Assembly (NCBI GenBank): GCA_964016885.1
Contig: OZ024745.1
Location: 99,138,001 to 99,202,000 of the forward strand
Direction of reading: 5' to 3'
DNA length: 64,000 nucleotides
DNA from: Eledone cirrhosa
Taxonomy: Eukaryota
The notes under the pieces were generated by a model that did not search any database, had not been told where the DNA came from, and saw only the letters and a program-made list of their open reading frames with translations. The position numbers were made by a program, and so were the translations under genes. The number at the start of each line of letters is the position of its first letter. Position 1 is the first letter of the stretch. Shown here piece after piece: positions 56,023-64,000 of the stretch.

Positions 56023-56088
56023 TATTTTATTATATATATTTCAGGGGCAACCAAGGCAAATTATGGTGCGCTTTCATCAGATAAAATA
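56023..56088 (-). ncRNA. Type I hammerhead motif, diverged relative of the 47554 family
   Basis: UAUUUUAU-CUGAUGA-stem II-GAAA-UAUAUA-UA-AUAAAAUA. Confidence 0.7.
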
Positions 56089-56163
56089 CAGATTTGTTTT
56101 ATAAATAAATATTGACATACCCGGAAAAAAGACAACCTTAATGGTTGAAGCTTCCTGGATAGG

Positions 56164-56201
<38 letters not shown>

Positions 56202-56826
56202 ATTTTAATCTGTTGACTATTCTGCATACTGAAGTGTTGGTAATTAACCAACACATAATCAAATTTATATATATATATATATATATAAAACATGAGAAGA
56301 AAGAAGAATACTGCGTGGTTGCACATGGGTTACATATGATAAAATTAGTCCCTCGTCGGTGATTTGCCAACCAACATTGATATTTCATCGCATTAAAAAT
56401 CATATACCTCAGGTTGGTGCGCGCAATAACTAAAAAAAGCTATTGGGACAAGTAAATCGCGTAAAGCGAGTGAGACAAGTAAACAACATAGAAGGATGAA
56501 AGCAACGCAAAGATAGGAAAATAAACAAGCAACATGGTTATCCGGTCAGCATAAGCTGGGTGGATTTCATGAGCGATCAAGATACAGACCGTCCGACGTG
56601 AGTGAGATGTGAGCAAGAAGAGAACCCACTACTAGCCAAACGGGAGGAAGTGAGAAGGGGAGAAACAGAGAGTGAGTGAGTGGAAGTGCGAGGAAGAGGT
56701 CAGAGAGAGAGGGAGAACTGACCTTACTATTGGACTGGTATTTTATTTATTGACGTTGAAAGGATGAAAGACAGAGTTGGCCTTGTTGAGGGAACCAGAA
56801 TAAACACCACAACACCTCAATATCAT

Positions 56827-57012
56827 AATTGTTTCTACGTTAGGCACAAGGCCAGCAATTACCCAGTGTATTACTGGTACTTTATTTTATCGACCCCCGT
56901 AAGGATGAAAGGCAAAGTTAACCTCGGCGGGATTTGAACTCAGAATGGCAAGGGCCGTAACTCTATGCGCCAAAGCATGGCATCCGACACTCTACCAATA
57001 CTGCCAATCCAC
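56827..57012 (-). mobile_element. Family-A SINE inserted in an older SINE
   Basis: Full unit; empty site visible in the duplicate at 51893-51900. Confidence 0.88.
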
Positions 57013-57438
57013 AATGCATTCCATCCAATGTTCTAACAAATTTGCCAATTCTCTGTCTAATTCACTTCATAGCAACAAATATAATTAGATTACATTTATT
57101 GATATATTTACTTATTTTAGGAGATTGGGACCTACAGGAACAGTAAAGATTAGAGACTTTCAATCTGCAAGTGGGGATGTGAAGAAAGAACTCAGGTGGT
57201 TTTGGGTTAGAGGACTGGTACATGGATGGTTGCTGCTCGGATGTAAGTTTGGACCTGATCAACCATGGCTGGGTTGCTCGAGTAGGGGCATCTGGTGTTG
57301 AAAGACTTGAAATATTCAATCACCTCCACATCATCCAGATGTTGAATCTTGCACATTCATTCATTTATATATTTATATGTAAATAATTCCTTGTACTCCA
57401 AAACTAAAAAGGAAATTTTAGTGAAATCCAGAAAGTCC

Positions 57439-57666
57439 TTAACCCTTTAGCATTCACATTAATCTATATATACTATTGTATTTTCCTGATAAAGGGTTTA
57501 CCTCGCATAATTATCTCACATAATATCGAATCTATGGGATTTTGAAAGTATTTATTTTGAGAATAATACCTTAACATCAGTTTGAGTGACCAGTTACAGC
57601 CAGTTTCAACAGAAAAAGGTAGAGAATTCTGGCCGGTTTGGGCCGGTTTGAACATTAAAGGGTTAA
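57439..57666. mobile_element. piggyBac-type MITE
   Basis: TTAA TSD and CCCTTTA TIRs. Confidence 0.85.
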
Positions 57667-57735
57667 TTTGAATTTCCTCCTCTTTTTCACTTTGACCGTT
57701 TTGATACCATCCTGCTCACAACCAAATCTAGTTTC

Positions 57736-57766
<31 letters not shown>

Positions 57767-58172
57767 AATTGTGGGTATGGTGTGGTGTGCGGTGGCCGGA
57801 AGCTGGGGAGTGCTCGACCGGAAGAGTGCTTGACCGGAAGGGTGCTTGGACGGAAGGGTGCTCGACCCGAAGGGCCAGCAGGTCGGCCTCTCTCTAGTGG
57901 TGATCAGGAACGTGGTGGACGCGAGTTTGGCAGCTCCCGGTGTTAATCAGTTGGATGCACGTGGAAGAGGAGAAACCAGCCATGGGATTTAGCGGCGCCT
58001 ATGAAAAGCGGTAAGTGATATAGCTTTTTCTAACCACGAGCTATTTCGGCACTGAAAACTGAGATCTGATTGAAAAAAAAAAAAAAAAAACTTTCTCGAA
58101 AACAAAGCTACTGGAAAAACAGAGAGGAGTCTGTTGTTTTTTTTTATTACATACCGCAAGACAAATTAGGAT

Positions 58173-59066
58173 ATGGCGACGAGACTACGAACGAGCGAAC
58201 CGATTAGGGCATTTACCGATGAAGGCGATGTTGTCGCTTGGCTGCAAAAAGTCCGGCTGGTCGCAAGCTTACAGAAGATAGAAGATGTGGCTGGCCTCAT
58301 GGCACTGTACCTCGAGGGGGACGCGTTGGTACTCTTCCTTGAGTTGGATGAACACAGCCAAAGGGATGCGCAAAAGATTGAGAGACGCATGATGGAAGCG
58401 TTCGCAGAGGGACCGTTAGCCGCTTTTGCTAAGCTGGCAAGAATTAGATGGAACGGTGAACGCGTTGACATTTTCGCAGCGGAAATACGGCGATTGGCCA
58501 TGTTGGCTGGATATCAGGTGGAATGCGAACGCACAGTGCGGTTGGCGTTCATAAATGGATTTCCAGACGACATAGAGGTGAAACTGCAGCAAGTCCTGTC
58601 TTACAAAGAAATGGAGATGCGTTCACTGGTGGAGCAAGCCTGCATCATAGCAGAAGATGCCAAGAAGAGTGTTGCAGCGATAGCAACTACAGAGGCTCAA
58701 GACAGCTTGCAGCGAAATGGTGAAAGGGAGGTAACCACGGCACGCGGTCGCCTGCGAACGTTTAGAGGTTGCTGTTTTAGGTGCAGGGCCCGCACATGGC
58801 GAGAGCGTAGAGAGTCAAGGCCGGAAATAATATGCTACCGGTGTAAGCGACCAGGCCACATCGCTACTAACTGCGACCAGGGAAAACGAGTAGAGGCACT
58901 GCCCGTGGTGGAAGTCTTTGTGAGGGGAAAGCCACAGCGAGCCCTCGTGGACACGGGCTGTACGACGACACTGGTGACCGCGGGGGTGGTGCAGAGGTGG
59001 AGAGGGAAGAGCAGCGTAAGGGCAGTCGCAGCGAGGTGGAGATGGCGGTACGGGGAAGGAAAATAA
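58173..59066 (+). CDS. gag: Gag (CCHC knuckle) plus aspartic protease N-terminal part
   Basis: CYRCKRPGHIATNC; ALVDTG; frameshift near 59030. Confidence 0.85.
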   Translation: MATRLRTSEPIRAFTDEGDVVAWLQKVRLVASLQKIEDVAGLMALYLEGDALVLFLELDEHSQRDAQKIERRMMEAFAEGPLAAFAKLARIRWNGERVDIFAAEIRRLAMLAGYQVECERTVRLAFINGFPDDIEVKLQQVLSYKEMEMRSLVEQACIIAEDAKKSVAAIATTEAQDSLQRNGEREVTTARGRLRTFRGCCFRCRARTWRERRESRPEIICYRCKRPGHIATNCDQGKRVEALPVVEVFVRGKPQRALVDTGCTTTLVTAGVVQRWRGKSSVRAVAARWRWRYGEGK

Positions 59067-60703
59067 GGCTTTTTGCCATCGTAGTTGACAACGTGGTGGA
59101 TGGGATCGGTGTGGTTATGGGCATTGGCCATCTTGGAGGCTTCACAGTGAACAACGTCGGTGTGTTGTTTGGCGGCGCTGCATCGGTATGCACTGTGAGT
59201 ATGCGACAGGAGAACCAGAAGGCCCACGAGGAAAAATACCCCGCTTACACTGTGCAGGACGAAGACTTCAAGGCCGTGTTCGATGGGCAGCGATGGGTTG
59301 TTGAGTGGTACTGGAAGGGAGAACCACCAACACTGAAGACCAAAGTGGGCTACTATCAACACACATTGAAGGGAGACAATAGGACCGAGTTCGTGCGAGA
59401 GGTAGAGAGATGGATTGAGGAGGGCTTACTGCTTCCCTGGAAAGAGGAGGTGAAGTGCGGAGTATTGCCGTTAATGGCGGTGGCGCAACCCACGAAGAAC
59501 AAGGTGAGGCCGGTACTGGACTTTTGGGAGCTGAACGAGCACGTGTCATGCCACACGGGTGGCGAGGTCACGGATATCTGTGGGGAAACCCTGCGTGAGT
59601 GGAGATGCATGACGGGGGGTTCCGCAATCGTAGATCTAAAGTCGGCATACTTGCAATTGCATATAGATGAGAAGCTCTGGCAGTATCAGCTGGTCAGGTA
59701 TAAGGGCCGGACATATTGCCTGACCAGGCTTGGTTTCGGGCTGAGCTCCGCACCGAAGATCATGGCGGCGGTCCTCAAGACCATTCTTGGAAAGGCGGAC
59801 AAGATGAAGAGGGCCACTAATTCCTACATTGACGACATCCTAGTGGACGAGTCTGTAGTGTCAGCGGCAGAGGTCACGAGCCATTTACAGGGGTATGGAC
59901 TGGCTGCGAAGTCGTCAGAAGCGTTGGAGGGAGGAGCCGCACTGGGACTTAGGCTATGGCGAGACAGGACGGGCGTCTTGGTATTCCAGAGGGGAAATGA
60001 AGTTTCAGAACTGGGCCCAAGTATGAGTAGGCGGGAGCTTTTCTTGGTGTGTGGAAAGTTGGTGGGTCACTACCCGATTGCTGGGTGGCTCCGGACGGCA
60101 TGCAGCTATGTCAAGAGACGAGCGGACGGGGTGACTTGGAGTGACAGAGTGGGAGAGAGGACGGTGGCCATGATGCAGGAGATTGTGGGGAGGGTGAAGG
60201 CCGACGGCCCAGTGCGGGGACACTGGTATGTTCCCAAATTGCAGAGCGGGACCATATGGTGCGATGCCAGCAGCATAGCGCTGGGTGTCACGTTGGAGAT
60301 AGGAGGTGTTGAGGTCGAGGATGCAGCCTGGCTTAGGAAGAAGGGCGACTGCAACCACATCAATGTGGCTGAACTGGGGGCGGTGTTGAGAGGGGCGAAC
60401 CTCGCCCTGAGGTGGGGACTGCGCACCATCGAGATACGCACCAACTCGGCTACTGTACTCGGATGGGTGAGATCAGTGCTCACCAGTGAGAAGAGAGTGC
60501 GAACGAGAGGGGCGGCAGAGATGCTGATAAAGCGCCGCCTGGGAACTTTAGGAGAGCTGGCCACCGAGTTCGACCTGAGGCTGAGCGTAGTTTTCGTGCC
60601 CTCAGAGAAAAATAGGGCAGACGTCTTAACTAGGGTGAAGAAAGCCTGGATGGAAGCGCTGGAGGAGGTAGAAGAGGAGATAGCTGTCGTGTGTCGGATC
60701 TGA
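58997..60703 (+). CDS. pol: Pol: protease C-terminal part, reverse transcriptase, RNase H
   Basis: RPVLDF, DLKSAYLQ, LGFGLSSAP, YIDD, WCDAS, HINVAEL, NRADVLTR. Confidence 0.88.
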   Translation: MEREEQRKGSRSEVEMAVRGRKIRLFAIVVDNVVDGIGVVMGIGHLGGFTVNNVGVLFGGAASVCTVSMRQENQKAHEEKYPAYTVQDEDFKAVFDGQRWVVEWYWKGEPPTLKTKVGYYQHTLKGDNRTEFVREVERWIEEGLLLPWKEEVKCGVLPLMAVAQPTKNKVRPVLDFWELNEHVSCHTGGEVTDICGETLREWRCMTGGSAIVDLKSAYLQLHIDEKLWQYQLVRYKGRTYCLTRLGFGLSSAPKIMAAVLKTILGKADKMKRATNSYIDDILVDESVVSAAEVTSHLQGYGLAAKSSEALEGGAALGLRLWRDRTGVLVFQRGNEVSELGPSMSRRELFLVCGKLVGHYPIAGWLRTACSYVKRRADGVTWSDRVGERTVAMMQEIVGRVKADGPVRGHWYVPKLQSGTIWCDASSIALGVTLEIGGVEVEDAAWLRKKGDCNHINVAELGAVLRGANLALRWGLRTIEIRTNSATVLGWVRSVLTSEKRVRTRGAAEMLIKRRLGTLGELATEFDLRLSVVFVPSEKNRADVLTRVKKAWMEALEEVEEEIAVVCRI

Positions 60704-61470
60704 AAGGGTTGCATGACATGCACCACATGGAGGCAGTGTTCTGGTACAACATGTCCCCTTGGGTGGGACAGGTTGAGAAATCGGTGCCACACTGCTTTGT
60801 GTGGCACCGATTTCTCAACCTGTCCCACCCAAGGGGACATGTTGTACCAGAACATATTCAGATACGAGTGGCGGCACCCGTGCACGCCACCACCACGGCC
60901 AGTGGAGAGAGAGAACGCATTCGTGCAGGTGGGCAAAGAAGTCTGGGTTAAGCCCCCAGATGCACGTTGCACATCTCAATGGGGAAGGGGAATGGTGACG
61001 GCCGTAAATTCGGAGTACCACGTCATGTCCTGGATGTCCGTAGAATCACTGTGTCAACGGACTCCGAGGAAGAGGAAACACAAAGTGCCACCCCCCAACA
61101 CTGCGGAGATCGCAAAGAAATCGCAAACCACCAACCTGGACAGCAGACTTTCATATGCAGAAGGACGAGGGGGAAATTGATCCTTGAGATCAGGGGGGGG
61201 GGTATGGTGTGGTGTGCGGTGGCCGGAAGCTGGGGAGTGCTCGACTGGAAGGGTGCTTGGCCGGAAGGGTGCTTGGCCAGAAGGGTGCTCGACCGGAAGG
61301 GCCAGCAGGTCGGCTTCTCTCTTGTGGTGATCAGGAACATGGTGGACGCGAGTTTGGCAGCTCCCGGTGTTAATCAGTTGGACGCACATGGAAGAGGAGA
61401 AACCAGCCATGGGATTTAGCGGCGCCTATGAAAAGCGGTAAGTGAGATAGCCTTTTCTAACCACAGAAAT

Positions 61471-61840
61471 TATTGTGTACAGTGGCTCAGGTGCACTACA
61501 ACTCATCAAAGGTGCATGTATAGTACATAGAATAATGTACAAATGTCAGGAAATAAACGGTGTACGAGCCATGAAATATATGTGTGCGTGTGTATGGAAG
61601 GGGGACATCTGGTGTAGTGTTGGCGAATCTCAGGAAGCATGGAGGTTTTAAAGGATGCAATGTCTCGACAGCTATCAACTGATGCAGGTAGTTTGTTCCA
61701 TGCTTCAGCAACTCTGAGCGTGAAAAAATGTTTCCGAAAGTCATGGGGGCTGTGCTGTTTTCTGACTTTGTAAGCATGCCCACGTGTGTTAGACACATGG
61801 AAATCAAAACGGTGCTCAGGATTGTTGTTGGCAAGATGGG
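61471..61840 (-). mobile_element. CR1-group LINE 3' fragment
   Basis: TRGHAYKV...RKHFFTLRVAEAWNKLP C-terminal motif. Confidence 0.8.
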
Positions 61841-62023
61841 GAAAAGAAAAAAAACATGTATTTTAAAGGGTTCCTATTTAATTTAAAATCTTTACATAAT
61901 TTTATATAATAACCAGTACATCCCCACTTTAAACAGCACACCCCTAAAAATTAAGACAGAGTGCATTTCAGTTGAAATGCAGTCACAAAGAGGTTAATAA
62001 AGTTCTCACTCACTTGTTGTCAG

Positions 62024-62239
62024 TTAACCCTTTAGCATTTACATTACTCTATATATACTATTGTATTTTCACGGTAAACACTTTATCTCATGTAATATTG
62101 AATCTATGAGATTTTGATATTATTTATTATGAGAACAATACCTTAACATCATTATGAGTGGCCAGTTATGGCCGGTTAGAACAGAAAGAGGTGAGAAAAT
62201 TCTGGCTGGATACGGTCAGTTTAAATGCTAAAGGGTTAA
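62024..62239. mobile_element. piggyBac-type MITE
   Basis: TTAA TSD, 14-bp TIR. Confidence 0.88.
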
Positions 62240-62925
62240 ATATAGAATAATAAATGTATTTAACTAATATTTCCATGCTAGAATTAGTTGAGCATCAGAC
62301 AAAAAAACTTTGCTGCCTTTACTTATGGTTCTTTTTATTTGATGTTTAATTCTTTGACTTTAACTTTGTTTTACACCCTTCCTTTGGTTGCCTCAACCAA
62401 ACAGATTCTAATTGGGAACTCTAAAGAGATTGCAGTATCATCCTAGTAAAAATATTCCTACTTCAACAGCTGAAATTTGTGTGGTATCACCTGACCTGCT
62501 AAAAATAACTCTTAAATCTCTCTTAAATCATACTCTGCTACCTTAAAACAAGTACATTCATCATCACCATCATCACCATTTTACGTCCATTCTTCCATGC
62601 TAGCATGGGTTAGACAGGTTGTCCTTTGTGGGCAATGTTAGGTCGGGTGACCATGTCTTGCTCATACGGGAACTGATTTTGGCTTGATTTCTACAGCTGG
62701 ATGCCCTTCCTAACACCAACCTCATTTACAGAAAGTACTGGGTGCTTTTTTATCGTGGTGCCTTAGATTGCGTACACAATATCTTTACAAAATATCTGAA
62801 TAAAAAAAAAAACAGAATGGTCATTCTGCTGAATCAAGGCTGCTTTGGGATTAATCTTCAACAACAACATGCTTGCTAAAACATAAAGATTGTGCGGTCT
62901 GGACTCAACTCTAGTTTCTATATTA

Positions 62926-63151
62926 TTAACCCTTTAGCATTTAAACTGGCCATATCTGGCCAGCATTATTTCACCTCTTTCTATTCAAACTGGCTATAAC
63001 TGGCTGCTAATCCAACATTAAGGTATTGTTCTCAAAATAAATATCAAAATCTCATAGATTCAATATTATGTGAGATAATTATGTGAGATAAAGCTTTTAC
63101 CATGAAAATACAATAGTATATTTTTAAGTAATGTGAATGCTAAAGGGTTAA
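62926..63151. mobile_element. piggyBac-type MITE (opposite orientation)
   Basis: TTAA TSD and TIRs. Confidence 0.88.
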
Positions 63152-63730
63152 ACAAATGTAAAAGAAATCTGCTTCTATGTAAGATAGAAATCTGTGGCTA
63201 ATAACTTTCCCAGAAGAGGCTGGCACCTATTCTCCATAGTTAGGTGAACTGAAAAAAAGTAAAAGTACTTTATTTGATGGCATATAAGACCCATGAGCAT
63301 AGAAAACCTCTCCCCTATTCAGTAGGGAATATTATTAAGGAAAGAAGATTTCTGTGTAATTATGAGTAAACATTTAATGTTAGTAGGAAAACTGAGTGGG
63401 CAAAAATGGGGAGAAAAAAACTGTAACTAAAAGGCAAGAAAAAAAAAATTGTTTTAATAGTAGTATGTTGAAATTTATGAAAAAGAGAGGGAGAGAGAGA
63501 GTGAAAGCAACTTGGCTATAACAGTAAAAAAGATACCTGTACAGATGAAACTACTTTGGCTATCACTCATTATCGAGCAAAACTTGGAAGTATGTACCAT
63601 GCTTTCACTAAGGTTTCAGGTTCCTATTAAGTCATAAAAAGACATAGACATCCACTTAACCCACTCTCTCTCTCTTGATCCAGTGGATAATCCAAGATGT
63701 GACAGCTGCAAGGAGAGAGAGAGAGAGATC

Positions 63731-64000
63731 TGCACCAGTATAAGGCTGGTACTGACAACTGGAAGGAGAAAGAGCTGCACCAGTATAAGGCTGGTACTGA
63801 CAACTGGAAAGAGAGAGAGCTGCACCAGTATAAGGCTGGTGCTGACAACTGGAAGGAGAAAGAGCTGCACCAGTATAAGGCTGGTACTGACAACTGGAAA
63901 AAGAGAGAGCTGCACCAGTATAAGGCTGGTACTGACAACTGGAAAGAGAGAGAGCTGCACCAGTATAAGGCTGGTACTGACAACTGGAAAGAGAGAGAGA
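63731..64000. repeat. 45-bp tandem repeat running off the window end
   Basis: GAGCTGCACCAGTATAAGGCTGGTACTGACAACTGGAAAGAGAGA, about 6 copies. Confidence 0.93.

Larger units (their letters stand above)
57770..61465 (+). mobile_element. Gypsy-like LTR retrotransposon with ~270-bp LTRs (57770-58038; ~61197-61465), defective integrase
   Basis: TG...CA ends, GAAAT 5-bp TSD, PPT before the 3' LTR, gag-PR-RT-RH-IN order. Confidence 0.93.

Noticed and set aside
56364-56420. Hammerhead-like CUGAGGU...GAAA (minus strand)
   Set aside because: A9 mutated, stem II unpaired and cleavage triplet invalid; at best a relic.
60106-60972. 288-aa antisense ORF
   Set aside because: Shadow of GC-rich pol plus the palindrome; no independent motifs.

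Overview
AT-rich, microsatellite-dense animal genomic DNA; the repeat landscape suggests a cephalopod such as octopus (inference). The only host gene seen is the first coding exon of a DIP2-family gene (minus strand, 1576-1492), with its promoter at about 1650-1760. The remaining ~62 kb upstream is a transposon patchwork: RTE LINEs, R4/Dong-, CRE- and CR1-like fragments, two tRNA-derived SINE families, a TTAA piggyBac-type MITE family, a young Gypsy-like LTR element with an old relative, a solo LTR and three tandem arrays. The most notable signal, absent from the ORF track, is eight type I hammerhead ribozyme motifs from five unrelated non-coding elements. They sit in or next to (TA)n tracts, several in inverted or palindromic arrangements, consistent with Penelope-like/retrozyme termini. 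Repeat boundaries were read by eye and are approximate unless a target-site duplication (TSD) or terminal inverted repeat (TIR) is quoted.
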